Shown one piece after another: positions 25,501 through 40,558 of a stretch of 64,000 nt of DNA. Position numbers and translations under genes: made by a program. Source of the DNA: Antedon mediterranea (lineage: Eukaryota > Animalia > Echinodermata). Below the pieces are notes generated by a model. It had not been told where the DNA came from. It saw only the letters and a list, made by a program, of their open reading frames with translations, and searched no databases. The stretch spans positions 8,246,001-8,310,000 of the forward strand of contig NC_092671.1 in assembly GCF_964355755.1 (NCBI RefSeq). The letters are read 5' to 3'. How positions within the stretch are numbered: position 1 is the first letter of the stretch; every line of letters starts with the position of its first letter.

Positions 25501-26916
25501 TTCCAATAATAATGTCAAAGTCGAATATGAGCAAAGGTTAGTGCGATACCGAAACCAACCATAATTATTATAAATTACTCATCCTATGATATCTGTAAAT
25601 AATTTCTCGTTTTGTAATTATGCAATTAAATTAATTTTGATTATCAATAAGTATAAAAAAGGCAAGATTAGAACTATTAAAACTTATCTTAATGATAGAA
25701 TATGATACCTATTTAAAACAATAATTAATATCTTGTTGCTATATAAAAATGTAGAATAATTATTGTAATAATAATTATAATATACAATTCATATTTGGTA
25801 TAATTCTTTTCTTTTCTTTTCTATATTATTAGACAGCTTAAATAGCAGCACATACTGTACATTCCATATTCAGATATCAAATAGGACTATTGTACAGTGA
25901 CACTATTCTTTTTTTTTTTAGCAATTACTCTTTGTGTGCCATTGTAAAATGCACTTGCACTTCGGAATTGGCCCGGATGTAGATTTTGTAATATAATTAT
26001 TAAAATAAGTGATTTACAACCTTTTTGAAAGAAAGTACTGTCACAATTGTCATCACTTGTTTGTGGAACTACTTTGGGGCTCTTGTCCTTTTGAGATCAC
26101 TCAATAAAAACCAGAAAGCGATCCTAACAAGTTAACACATCGTATGGCAGGGGGTTGCCAGAACCTCCAATGAAGAATGCACTTTGATTGATTGACTTGA
26201 TTGATGCCATCACTCGTGTTTACAAATGATAAGCACACACAAGAAAAAAAAACAACGATAAAAATTGTAGATTTTCTGTCTAAACACCTGCTTAATTTTA
26301 ATTGGAAGATGGTCAGCATGTATTACTTGTCTAGTATCAGCGCATGATGGTGTTCTATGATAACGAAAACATAATAATTTGAACAGGTTTAGAGAGTTTA
26401 TTTTAAGTGGACTTATTTAGATGACCATCAGGAAAAGGGGCATTCTGAAAAGATTTTTTTTTTAGCTGAATCATGACTGACCGTTTAAAAAAAACACAAG
26501 TGTCATGCTTGTGTTTGTGTTTTTAATGAATATTTATTAAATTCCTAAACAAATATTTAGATTAGAAAAGGAGAGGAGATAATAAGAAAAAACTGTGGTA
26601 TGTAACTCCCCTTTTTCAGAAGGCAACTTCTTAGTAAATAAAATCACCTTATTGAAGACTGCTATGGAATTATCATTTTGTTCTATATTTTTTTTTTTTT
26701 GTCTTATGTAGGATCGACCCACTTTTATTTCTTCATCAATAAAATGTTCGTTTACAATGAGTACATTGAGCACATGAGTAATGTAATGATACAATACAAT
26801 ATTTCCTCTATGTTATACACTCTTTACACTTACACGTTTTTCAATCCTTAACAATGTACGTATAATTTACCACAGAATTCTTAATTTTATAACTCTTTTT
26901 ATCTCTTTCAGGCAAT

Positions 26917-26917
<1 letters not shown>

Positions 26918-26951
<34 letters not shown>

Positions 26952-26960
26952 AAGAAAAAA
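26918..26960. repeat. Poly(A) tract
   Basis: Run of more than 30 A. Confidence 0.95.
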
Positions 26961-27754
26961 GTTATATTTTACTTTACCTAAATATCAATTTTATAAACGT
27001 TAATTTTATACCTTGCTAAATTGTTACGGTCCATATCTGACCACATTTTTTTTGCCTTTTCTTTATTTATTAAAAACTCACAATTGATTATATCTTCTAA
27101 CTCCGCAGTGAACATTAACCATGGACATTTTTTAACAAGTCCTAGTCTGTGTTTGACTTTTTTTTTATAAACACAGAAAGTTAAAATGGAAAATATTTCA
27201 TTAATTTTGACATCATATTTTCCAAGTAAAATTTTCTCCCATTCTATATTTTGTACAATATTAAGATATCATTTTTTTAATTCAAACAATAGACCCCAGT
27301 AGAAAATGTTCTTTGAAATATGTTGGAAGAATATTCAAAATAAAATTCAATAATGCACAAATTGCTATTTCTGATACTGAATTAAATATTGTAAAATCAT
27401 ATTCTTGATTGATCGATGTATGAATTATTGATTAAGAATTTGAACAATATTATTATTATACAATTTTAATTGACAGAAATCAATCAATCAACAACATGTA
27501 GTTTTGAATAATTTCCTACCAGACAAAAAGAAACAAAAAAGCAGGAACTTATAAATAAGGAAACACTTGAAAAGTCTTCTTAGTTTGATTTCAAAAAGTA
27601 AATAAAAGTCCCAAGTTGAAGGATATGTCTAGCCTCTTATACCTCAAAACATCCCATTAGTACAAATGGATATGCCTGCTTAGAATGGATCAAGGGCCTA
27701 GACATGCTAGAATAGTAGGCTTAGAAAAATCAAAGCAAAAGTGGTAAATTTTAA

Positions 27755-28093
27755 AGATGTACTGTCCTCCCAAAAACCTGAAAAATAAAGATTTAAAAAA
27801 TCAGACTTTGAATAGGCCTTTTTTAATAAAGTTATTCACTTCTGTAGAAAAAACAAATCAACAAAATAATTATTTCACTTAAAAATTAAGAGAAAAGAAA
27901 CGGTTAATTTTAACCAACCATTGTCTGACAGACATTTTAGGTAGTTTCTGCTTAAAATTACATTTTTTTCAGGAAAATATATATTTTTTTGGATCCAGTT
28001 ATTGGTCAAAGTGAATAACTATTATGTGACATTAAAATGGCATATTCAACAAACAAATCTAAAAAAATCATTTTATAGGGGGACAATATATCT
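27755..28093. mobile_element. Kolobok-like MITE (339 bp)
   Basis: TTAA on both flanks; imperfect TIRs AGATGTACTGTCCTCC / AGATATATTGTCCCCC; an internal fragment recurs near 28465-28510. Confidence 0.75.
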
Positions 28094-31000
28094 TTAACAT
28101 AACATTAAATTTTTTTCACAATGAGGAAAAATTCAATTCAGAAAGTGTTTGTATAAATATCGGTTTGATAGGCACGCAATCGTACGAGTCATAACGACTG
28201 ACGTCTTTGAAATATTCCGTTTAACATCGCACATTGACAAGTGTCTGTCAGACAACCTGTGAAACGTTGTCCGTTTTGAGAGATGAGCTAACAGATACAA
28301 AATGGAAAGATACGATCATTTTAACTCTGGATTACATCCAACGGTCAATACTGAAAGTTGGGGTCTTTAACAGAAAAATGATATAACCTTTTAAAACTTG
28401 CACTGTACCTCTATTGCGTCACATGAAAATATATACCAAAATTTGTTTTAATCCAATTTTTGTTCAAAGTGAATAACTAAAATATTATGTGACATTAAAA
28501 TGGCCTATTCTATTTATTTAAAATATTCTCTTTCTTCCGGAGATATACAGTAATACATAATTTTACAAATTATATTCTTCATTAACTTAAAATAAATATC
28601 TAAATATGTAAACAGTTTGTTTTTAAGTATGCAATTAAATTTTATATCAAAGAGTAATTTATTGTTTCAAACACTATAAACTTTTTTTGTAAGAATATAA
28701 TAATTCAAATGACTTCTATTAGGGAACACAATAGATCTGGTTTTACAGATAATCATGTCGCAATAGAGATGAAACAAGCTCACAAATGGAATTGGCAATA
28801 AACAAATCATTTTTTTTTTCCTAGGAAGAGAAATCTGAAGTACGAAAACTGATTAGGAAAAGTGGAACACTCAGAATAACCATGCGGTTTTATGAACAGT
28901 TGTTGTAACAATCTCCGTGGACAAGCAGCGTTAACCTACGGTTCCATGTTGTACCACTGGAGCCAGACGAAGTGAAAGTCCCGCTAAATGAATGATGAGC
29001 TTCGTATAAGCTACGGGGAATAGTATGCATGTTTGTTTATATGCGGGTGTTCTGTAGTTTATGTGTCGGAAAGATTAAAAACTATCTATTTAAGTTCCTG
29101 TCTTGGCAAAGCACATACATGATGGAATTATTCACATTGGTTTCTATATCGAATATTATTAATATTCTGACTCATATTGAAATGTTGTTTGGGTTATTTT
29201 TTAAATGTTTTCTGTGATATATACCTCTTGGTAAAATCATGTCATATTTTTTCTAACCTTTATTTTACCACTGTAATTCAATTCAATTCATTTATTATGA
29301 CTCTTTGCACTCTTGAGTGCGCTATTTCAGTTTTTTTAATGTAATGTTTTGATGAAATGAATAATATTCTTAGAAAATACAACAAAGTATAATTTGGTCT
29401 CAAATTATGGAGGTTAAATGATGAGGTACAGTTCAGTGGCCATATTCACCAATCACACTTAAGTGAGATATTTCCCTTAAATATTACGTAATTGTATTCA
29501 CTTAGATAGGAGACTTGTGTTTCTCTTAGCCTAGTGTGATTGGTATTATACAATCTTTAAAATTATAGAATATATCATCTTAAACTAGATACAATCCCGA
29601 TGGTTTCAATACAACATTTATGTCTGGTATGGACGGGAGGAGGGACCTACAGTACAAATAGAGATTCACTGTTTCGAGCCACATGCACAAAGTGAAGCTG
29701 TTCAATCAGCACGAAACTGACGTCATGCATCAGTAACAAACATCATCATGTGATCTCTGCAGCAGATGAACTTAAAAGTGAAATTTTGAAATTTATCCAA
29801 ACAAAAAGTATCATCTTCTAAATAATTTTCTCCCTCTAATGTCATCGATTTCCTACCAACGCAAACATCATCTCTACAGCTGTTTGACAGTAATTTTCCC
29901 CGAAATATTTCATTTTCGTTTTACCCCCACTTGATTAGCCTCATCACAGGAAGAAACGAGTGAATCTTCACTTCTTGGCTGATGTATTACGTTTTCAAGA
30001 AAACGTCTGCTTTTCTTTATGAATTTCTTAATTTAGAAAATGAACAGAGTATAAAAATAAAGAAAACCCTTGCCTTCTTCAGTAGTTTTAACACCAACAA
30101 GTACATACTATGCTGTCTACATTTACCTTACCTTAAGACAAACTATATTACTCCAACACAAACTGAAGAAATTACAAATGCTTGCAATATGACATTGATG
30201 AAAAGCAAACACAAATCATGTTGATGACATATGAGTGATTTTTACAACAAAACGTTTAAGAAGTAGGATAAAATCTTTTGAATTTAATACCAAATATAAA
30301 ACTAATACTGAACTGAACAGAAGAAAAGAGCTTTAAAACAATGAGATAAAGAAAATGTAAGGACTCACTTAAAATAGGTAGGCATGTCATATATTTACTC
30401 TCATATGGCAAAGTTGCAGGTGAAGACTCAGGGGCATACACAAAACGATTCATGTCCAAAATGGTCTTATTACACAATTAGTTAGAGTTTTGAATTTAAT
30501 GACAAAACCTCGGAAACAATTAACATTTTTATGCAATTTATGTAATTCATGGGATGATATCACAAGAAGTCCATCTAACATTTTTTTATTAACAAATCAT
30601 ATTTAAAAACCTTGGACCATGGAAAAATCTGCCACCAAATTCAAACAGAATTAAAGTATGACGTTGATAGAACAGACAGATAAATGGAAGAGAACTACAA
30701 AGAACGAAAGTTACCGTACATCATGGGACAAAGATGAAATCCAGCTGTGCATTTTTTTATACATTAGTTATTAAGGTTATCTCTTATGATTTGTGATGTC
30801 TCAATTACTTTCAATTTCTTTAAATGCTAAGGTCATAGATAAAAACAGATAGTGATTATTCAATAAATCATAAGTGTTCCTGTTTACAGCCAAAGATGAG
30901 TACAGTATTAAGTAATAATTCTCATATTTGATACATAAAAAAATTACCAAACGGTTAAGAATTAAATCGAATTGTGTACTTGATACGCAAGATGGCTTTG

Positions 31001-34000
31001 TAAAACTGTCAATTTAACTTCCTACTTAACTCTACTCTGTTTTTGTTGTTTTGTTTTTGATGTATCTAATATTTTAACACATTTAAATGTCCATTATCTC
31101 TATAGCTAAACATTTTTGGATATAAGTGCAATGAAATTAAATTATCGGTGGACGATTTTCTTTCTGAAGATACCACACATGACCAATTTTTAAGAGGTTA
31201 GTCCGTCATCTTGAAAATCATAATGGTGGCCACTTGCCATGGTCGAAAAAAAATGGAACCAAAGATTTTCTTGTTGGTGCCAAAAATTAACATCAAACGC
31301 CTACAAAATGACACAAGCTCCTGGACTATAATTATAAAATAGGTTAAACATTTATAAATTTTAAATCTGAAGAGATTTAATAATGTATTTCTATTAATAT
31401 TTTCCAAGTACCACAAAAGTTGTTAACAGGCATCCCTCCAGATATTACTGAAAACAATTAATATGAAAATTCAGTTTTATGCATAACATTTAAATATTTT
31501 GTTTAGGAGATGTGCGGCTTTATCTTACCACAAAAATATATGAAATAAAGGCAGGTGTTGGAAATGTAATTTGCATCGGTAATTAACAAGCTAATTAATA
31601 AGATTATCTGCCACGAATTGATAACTATACAGGTGTCAAGTCAGTCAGGTGTCTAATTCAAGCGGGTCTGTGATTGGTTAATTTCTGGTTAACAGGTGGA
31701 CTACCTTGAAAAACTTTCATCATTGGTTAAATTCACTGTCACATACCGAAACATTTACATGGTATTCCACAGGTGACTTTAAGGTACTGATGCTAATATT
31801 AGTATTATCATTTTATGGCTGTATTACAACCCAAGGGAACCTCTTCAGGACCCAACAAAGTGTTCCCTAAAAAAAGGGGCGTCCACTGAATAGAGGTTGG
31901 CCATAGTTTTAAAGCATATATTGCGACCTCATTCATCATTAGGAAAGTGTTCCTTTAGAATGTCCCAAATCAGGAGTGCTGAAAATAAGGCAAACCCCTG
32001 TTAAGGGACACTTTGTAGGAATTCTACTTATTTATCATTCTAACAATCGAATTTTTTTTTAAAGTGAGAAACTTATAGTAAACAAATTTGGTGCGCCAGT
32101 GAACAAAACCGACAATAATACTAAAACGACAATAAAACTAAAACATTTCTAGATTCATTCACATATTTGAATGAAACAATTTTTAAAGGATGTGTATGTA
32201 TCCCATAAGGTCTGAAAATCCATAAATGACGTTTACAAAAAATACTTTTTTCCTAAACAGATTTATTTAACCACATTTGCCAAACTTTAGAGTCAGCGCA
32301 TCATGTATTTGAAAATAAAAATTAGAACAGAAACCCCTCTGGACATTCTGATTATAGAATAAAGTAAGACATAGTTCCAAATTTAATAATATTCTCAGAT
32401 AATTCTGAAAAACATTAAAAGTAAACGTAATGAAAATGGCATTTTATTTCTCTTCTGTAATTGAAAGAGACATATGACTAAAACCCAATTAATAAATTAG
32501 AAAAACATAACATGAATTGAGATAAGATGTTACAAATTAAATTAAATTATGGAGTAACAGAAACTATAAAGGAAAATTTGAAGTGTAGAAAAAGGATATC
32601 AGAAATATTAATATAATAATCTGTATGGGGATTTAAATTTAATATTAATTTCAAAGAACAGATAGCATTAAAGAAGCTAATGAAAACGATCATGAATGTG
32701 CTTTCTAAAAGTAAACCTGCACATCCAAAATGTATCAGGATTTACAATCAAATCTTAAACAGAATTTAATGAAAAGGAATCCAATAAAATGTTTATACAG
32801 TATTTAAAAGTACAGTATATTTAAAAAAATTCTATTATAACATTAAAATATGTTCTTTCAACAAAATTGAAGACACCTGAAACTGTATTACCCAGTACAC
32901 AAATTAAAATATGAAAATTTTTTATTTATATTATTATTATTATTATATATTAAGCTTTCAAATTAATTTTTGCTAGGAAATTTCCAACATAACATGGAAA
33001 CCAAGATTAGTGAATCTGGGAAGATACAGAGTAGAATATAATTTACTTTCATGTTTTTTAATGTTCATAATCTCTTTTGATATTCTATCCAGAAATGATG
33101 AATTTCCTCAAAACACTTACGGAATTAGTCAATGGAATGCAATTAACTTCACGGCAATCATGTCTTAATGTCTATGATATCATAGTTTCGCTTTTTATAT
33201 TCTGTCGGCTATATAAGTATTTTATATTTTCTTTTTTTTTGATGATTAATTCCTATCAATATGACCATTAGCCCTAAAACCAACACATACTGTATTTAAT
33301 AGCTCAGATTATTTGTCTTAAACGTGTTTAGTTTATACTGTTTTAAGTATTGGATTCCTTTGAAACAGCTTACTGTACCTGTACCTGTACTGTATGCTTC
33401 TAGCATGGGGCCCAAGATATATCTGATTAAATGTGTAAAATGTTTTTTTTTTTTTTTAGTAATACTATGTTTATTAAAAAATATGTTTTTTACCACCCAT
33501 AACTGCATGATAATTAACACACTCATTTCAAATCAATTTTGTAATTTATTGCTTTTAAAAACTATGCTAAGCCTAAATCTGGAAATTCTTTATTATTAAA
33601 GCCTTTGAAAAGTCTGTCATCAGCTTGGCTCTTAGCCTTGGATAATCTATGGTCTATGTATCTTATTGAAGTCAGTTTATCTGTCTAGCTCTATTTCACT
33701 TCCTTTATTGTGCATATATACTCGCAGTAATGTCAGCACTATCTCTCGTACAGCTTCTGTCATGTTCAATCAACAGAAATATAAAAAAACACACAAGTGG
33801 TAATCGTCTAGCATTTTTGCTTAAGAACTAACAAACAAATTTAGTATTACAACTTTTACATATTGCAGAAAAATAATAACATCCCATGATACGTAATCGT
33901 GTGACCTTTTTATAATTGTGACCCAGATAAAAATATTATCACCCAATAGCGATTCAAGAAGTTGCAAGAGAGGTGGCAAAGGAAAACGTAAATGAAATAT

Positions 34001-34335
34001 TGAAAGCACAAAAATTTCAATTGCTGGACATATTTTATTATTATAAATTCACTAAAAAAAAAATAGCAATAAAATATATAATGATTATTATAGATTATAG
34101 AATAATAATAGATTAAAATATGGGACAGCACTATAATTATTGAAAAAGCTTTGTTATTATAACTAGAAGTCAACTTTAGAATCTTAAATCATTTTAAAAC
34201 ATGAATTGTATTTCAAATCTCCAAACTAACAAGTTAAGTGATTGCTACTAACAGACAAAACATAAATAAATAACATAACATAAATATTTTAGCTCATGGG
34301 CACTTTAAAGAACCTAGTACATCTTTGAGATGAGT

Positions 34336-34371
34336 GGGGGGGGGGGGGGGGTGTGGGAGGGGGGGGGGGGG
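34336..34371. repeat. Two poly(G) tracts with G-quadruplex potential
   Basis: Two G runs of 13 nt or more separated by TGTGGGA. Confidence 0.9.
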
Positions 34372-37311
34372 TACCCCGGTGTACTAGTACACACACAGCC
34401 ACTGATCACTAGAGACCAGTCTTTGACTGAAGAGGTTACCCAGTATAATAAATTACAAATTCAAACAAGAATTTCCTAACTGAACTTGGTACATGGTGCC
34501 TTAACCCATCACAGAGTGGTACATAATGTTTGCATATTATAGGTTTCATGTGACCAATTCTTCCTTGCTTTTTGCCAGTCAACAAGGTTAGTAAATTGGA
34601 AACAAAAATGTAAAATGACTATGTTATCAACATCGTTATTACATGGTTTTGTATGTCAAATTTTATAAGCGGCTCTACTCAACACCATGTTTAGGAAAAT
34701 CTTAGTTGTCAACACCTAGTCCCCCTGAGGCGTCTGTTCTAGATTGCCTGTGTCAAGCCTTCCTATGAAAAGCCTCAAAGGGAAGTAAACAAGCATTACA
34801 GTGGGATGATGCCCTCCAGAGGAAGTTGAAACAAGAGCATTAACCAATAGGTCCTGGTGGATGATACAGGTTTAGTGACCTTTTATAACATTAATGACCT
34901 TTTGAACTTTGACATACTGTATTGCATACTCATCTACCATACAGTGTTTATGCAGTAGTTCTTCAGACTAGTGTATGTCTAATATTTTATCTATAGTTTA
35001 TCAATAATAATAATAATAATAAACTAAATTATTAAATCTAAAAAATCAAAAAACTAATCTTTTAATGTTCATTTACTTAAAGTTACATTTCCAGGCAAAA
35101 GTAACAATATTTGCTAAAAATAAAATATTCATAAATAATAATGTATATAAACTTATGAAGTACCGGTAACTAGCTATAACACTCAGTGTAATATTATGAA
35201 ACTACAAAATCACACTGGCTTACTGATCTGTACAATGTACTTCAACACAATGATCATGTTTTAACTTAATTTAATTCTGTGAAAACAAGACTGACCAACA
35301 GAGTTTCACAATCTTATATGCAAATTTTAATCAGGTTTTAATTGTTAAGTAAATGTTAACTCGATTGCTGTCATATTTCGCAGCCATGTATATCTCATTA
35401 CCAGTAACAAGCAGTGAGAATACGAAAAAACATTGGAGATACTTCAGAGCCTGGTCACCAGAGAAAGGTTGCCATAACAAACTTCCTCCAATTCAGTTGA
35501 TGGATGAGTTGCCATGACAACCCGGCCCAACGCCGCAGATGTGTGCAACAAGATACAGCTGTATCATGAATCACTTTAAGGGTATGATTTCAATTTAGAA
35601 AACCTATTAATTGCAAGTATTTAGATGTTTAACAACTCTAAGTGAGTCAGTCAGTCAGGTGCATTTTTACTGCGGCCCGTTCTTAGAAAGGTCTTTTGTT
35701 TAGAATGCCTTGATAATAGAAAGTCCTTAACTGACGTAAAGTGTTTCCAAATAGATTATTGAGTGATGTAAGTCAGAATATTTTGAAACTACTCGGTCAA
35801 TGTTATGCATATTTGTTTCCACAATAATAACTATTATTGTTAAAAAATGGAAAACTATTACTTTAGTATTACTAAAATATTGTAAAAATACAACATAAAA
35901 ATTCAATTTAATTTATAACACTATACTATAATAGTAATTGAAACTGTAAAATAAAATGTAATGATTTAAATGTTTTTTTTTACATTTTAAATGAATGCTT
36001 TATTTAAATGTTATATGGTAAATTTTATGTTTATAGGAATGTTTGAAAGTGGTGAAAAATTTTACTGTTAGTTTAAAATTAAATTTAAACAAACAAATAG
36101 AAGTACAAACTTTAACTAACAATAAAATCATATGTTAACTTCTCCTAAAACATCGATTTCACTTAAGGAAATGATGTAAAATTAAAGACAGAATAGCATG
36201 TTGTGATTGGCTCATGTGCAGCGTTTGACCGATCAGAAGACCGAAAGCAACCGATACAATGTTCATTCATATTTCCCCCAAAAACTTGAAGCGTGGCCAC
36301 TAGGGGGCGCCTATTCACACCATTAAAAATCACTCTGTCAGTATCAACTTCCATATATTATTGGAGACATATTAAGAGTCTTATTTGAATCAGTGTATAT
36401 TGTAGTACATTACTGTACACTAAAATTTGTAATATAAGCTAAAGGAAAAAATAATTTAATAAAGAGATTACTACCAAATTTATTAATGTACTTAGTATTC
36501 ATTTTTTTTTCAGGATTTCAATAAAAAGTTTAATGGAAATTTAGGCTTTACTGAATATTAATTAAATTTATATAAATATATATATAAACATCACAGGCAC
36601 AGAATAAATTTTAAACAGCCCGGTGATATACTGAAATTTAATTAATTAATTTGAAACGATAAAGATGAGAAAATCTGTGCAAATGAGAAATATATATATA
36701 CATTTTTTCATTTTTCCTGTATTATAATAAATATTAATTTGCAACATTTTCATAATCCATACATACAGTATCCATATCATAAACATTATCTTTTTACACT
36801 ATAATTCATTAAATAGATTATTATAATTATCTAATTATTATTAATAAACTACAAATATTGATAATACCAATTTATGTATTACATATTTGATTTTGATAAA
36901 TTAATTTGTTAATCAGTTAATTTGCTTGATTGAAAAATTGAAGTAAAAAAATGTAGTTAAACTTTATAGACAAAAATTGATTGTATAATTCTATTTATAA
37001 TTTCATTGAGATGTCGGTCTCTGATACAATTTTAAAAGATTCCCCTGAGTCATATATTTCTGAATGAATTAAAATGATTATTAATAATAAATCATCATAA
37101 AAAATGACCTTTAAATCATCACAAAAAATATGAATGACAGGCAATATTGGAAAGGTCAATTCAATAAAATAATAAATTATTTTTTTCTGAAATTTTTTGT
37201 AATTTAAATATTGACGTATGAAACATTTGTAATTTAATAATGTTTATTTTTTACTAAACAATGAATAAAAAACAGATTCAGAGGAATTTCGTTTTAGAGT
37301 TTTGGTTTGAG

Positions 37312-37353
37312 CATGGACCTATATAAGTTAGACCTCTAATTTATAGGTCCATG
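37312..37353. mobile_element. 42-bp foldback mini-element with 7-bp flanking duplication (P-element-like ends)
   Basis: CATGGACCTATA...TATAGGTCCATG near-palindrome; GTTTGAG at 37305-37311 and 37354-37360. Confidence 0.6.
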
Positions 37354-37741
37354 GTTTGAGCATGGTTGCGACTTTAAACTGGCATATGATATAATACCAA
37401 GTTACAATTACAGGATGGGTAGAACTATATCATTCTTAGTCTTATTTGAGGTAAGGGAGCAGAGTAGAAACAATGGCGAGTTTAAACCCTGGCACTAAGT
37501 CAGGATTTTTTGTTTTTATTGTTTCTCTGCAGACAAACACATAACATTAACATTGAAAAAAGTTACACTATTTTAAAAAAAGGATTGAAACATAGACCAT
37601 AGGAAGGATGCACAAATGTTAACCACCAACTGTCTTTCGTCTTCGTTTTTTTTTTACTTTGAAAATTTAGGGGTAAAAAGAGTAAGAAGATTAGAAGTTT
37701 AAAGCTGACATTTATCATCATAAATACTTAGTTCCACTTAC

Positions 37742-37889
37742 CTGAGTATTTGACTAACGCTGTCATACAAGCAGTTTAGTACACTAACCAATAGGAGCTC
37801 ATTGTCGGATGACCCACCAATGACATAGAAATACAAGTCCACGTTGCTACGGTAGACACATGTCATACCTTCTAACATGATAATCTCAG
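37742..37889 (-). CDS. COPZ1: Coatomer zeta exon ([50 protein letters not shown])
   Basis: Lies within ORF 37738..37965; ttcttgaag acceptor and GTAAGT donor; 148 nt, phase 1 to 2; clathrin adaptor small-chain/zeta-COP motif [11 protein letters not shown]. Confidence 0.97.
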
Positions 37890-37974
37890 CTTCAAGAATA
37901 AAAGAATAACATAAATACATTACCATGTACAGTATATCATTATTCATTTTAATTAAATGACACAATGTTTCATT

Positions 37975-38065
37975 GAGCCATGTAATAATGGTGACTGAGC
38001 CAGAATTTGAACCAATGATTCATGTATTTGTAAAGCAAGCATGTCAACCACCAAGCCACAGTGCA
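37975..38065 (-). mobile_element. Degenerate tRNA-SINE head
   Basis: Minus strand TGTGGCTTGGTGGTTGACATGCTTGC...GGTTCAAATTCTGGC. Confidence 0.5.
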
Positions 38066-38311
38066 ACAAATCACTATGATTACATAACTAAAATTATATT
38101 CTGTAACATAGATACAATTAATAATAATCATATTGAAATAAAATATTCAAATAGTCAAAACCAATACATTCAATTTTAAATATATTAAAGGATATTTGCA
38201 TAATTGAATAAGATGTAATGACCTATAAAACATATACATATTAATAACTGATTGAGTAATAAATATTAACGGAAATATGTTTAGAATGATTACTTTTTTG
38301 AAATTCCATAA

Positions 38312-38452
38312 ATCAAACTTTATGTGAAAATAAGTGTGATGTGCCCATATAGACATGATGTCATATCACAATCATAGTTGGGCTTTTCACTGCCATATTT
38401 TGGCACATCAAAATTGTTGTTGTCAAACTACTTTGATAGTGTAGACAGAACT
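38312..38452. mobile_element. MITE family A copy, left end truncated
   Basis: ATCAAACTTTATGTG...TTTGATAGTGTAGACAGAACT. Confidence 0.8.
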
Positions 38453-40558
38453 TAAAGAGGAACTACTGCTACTGAGATTGTGGCTTAATACAACCCAGAA
38501 ATATTGTTTACGCATTTAGTAGGGTATTTGGTGCTGAATAGGTTTTCCACTCCAGTTCTACGACGTAGAAGAGGAGGATCCCATATGTATGTATGTATGT
38601 ATAATATTTTTAAAAAAATTAAAAAGTGAATGCATTTAAAAGATAGATGCATTTGAAGAGTAGCCAATGTTTTTCACTTGATTGTACAGTATATTTCAAA
38701 ATAATTTCTTAAAATTTCTATTTATTATCTTTTAACCATTATTAAGCTGAATCTCGATCTAGAACTTAGACTAGAATTAAACACACATACTGCATTTACA
38801 ATTTCCATCCAAATAGTAAATAAATAAATAAATAAATAGCAGAAAACTCTAAAAACGTTATTTATTTACAGTAGTAAATTGCTAGACATACCACCCACCA
38901 GAGTGTTCAAGACCAAGATATGCCGATGGCGTAACATGAATCAGCCATGCATGCAATATGTTTTACCACAAGTTAGTGTTATAATTTGTGGGAGCAAAAA
39001 CTGTGACGGATGGAAAGATAGTAGACAGTGTACAATGATAAGATCAACACAAATTACATAAGCTTAGCATTACTTAAAAAGGATTGGGGTAGACTATACA
39101 GTCTGTGATTGACGATAAGTTTATAATAACTACAAGAAAAAAAACAGAAAATAAAATCAAATTTACTACATGTATATGATGTCTAATATTCAGTATGATA
39201 CAGTGGTTGAATCTTGTGTGCCGATTCACAGTACTGTACCGTATCATAGGCTGATTCTGTGATATATTGTCATAATACAGTGTTGGGGAGAGAGGTGAAT
39301 CTGGGTTGTTAGTAATACAACTTTTTTCCACTCATTACTATTACAGCAGTTAAAAAATACAGTATAATTACTACTAGTAAAATATTCTTCTACAAAAATT
39401 ATTGAATACAAACAAATATTATTGTGATATTAACAGTCTGACGGTAGTTTACACTTTAATCTTATATGTTTCATGATTTGTATTATAAATAATTTTTTAT
39501 TTGAAAATAAATGCATGATTTGGAAGCAGCCCAAACAATTATTTTGTGACATAACACTAACAGTTCTAAAATTCTTGAGTTTAAAAATATATCGTACGTT
39601 AAAAGAAAAAGTGTAATCATTGAATTGATTGATCCACTAGAGATACTAGGTGATACTTGATGATAAAAGTGATATCAATAATTGATTGATTGATGGATGG
39701 ATTAATTACCAATAAACTGAAAGGCTATAAACATCTGTTAAGTCTATCAGTTTATACTTTTATAAACACTATATATCTTTAGGTCTAAAGATTTCCAAGA
39801 ATTCATTACGTTAAATCTAAAATTTTATATTTCAAATCAAAACAACCTGTTATGGTCGTTTGAAATGTATTATTCTTGGAAAACCAAATGGACTATAAAT
39901 TTTAAAAAGGCAATGCTTACATTGAAAATGCAAGGGGTCTGTGGATATATTTAAGTCTGTATATGCTGTGAACAACTCCCTGCTGTGAAGAATTGGAGTG
40001 AGAAAAGAAGAGGATGGAGAGAGAGACAAGGCGAGATGGAATTCTGTTGATTCTTACATGAGGGAAATACAGTAGATAAAGTCAGCAGAAGTAGAATAGC
40101 ATGGTCACTGTGCCTCACGGTAAACTGTGGGGCTCTGGTTCAATACCTTCACTGCTCTTTCTGACAATGGTCAGAATTTTTTGTTTCAAAACAAAAATTG
40201 AAAAAATTAGCTGTAATACTTTAATAACATGTGTTTTTTCTCGAATTCTAAAAAATTCAAAGTTGCCCAGAAAATGGATTGAACTTCTGTATACATAATT
40301 TCATGTATACTTTTACGTATGTTAATTTATATCAGTATAGCCATATAATGCTTTTTCACTCCAGTTGAAAACCGACGGTTTTCCGACGGCATTATTATGT
40401 GCGACATGTGGTATAGATTTTTTACTTACTTAAATTTATTTATTAGAATATTGTTATGTGTTATGATATGCACTTTGTTCTGAAATAAAAGTGAATTGAA
40501 TTGAAATACAAGTTGTGTTTGCAAAACAGAGATATTTAATTAAAATTAACATTTTAAA

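Noticed and set aside
31820-32350. Degenerate Tc1-like MITE pieces (AAACCCCT...GGACAC, GTGTTCCCT)
   Set aside because: Boundaries, TIRs and TSD could not be defined.
33121-33171. 51-nt AG..GTAAGT segment as a COPZ cassette exon
   Set aside because: Immediate in-frame TAA and a weak acceptor.
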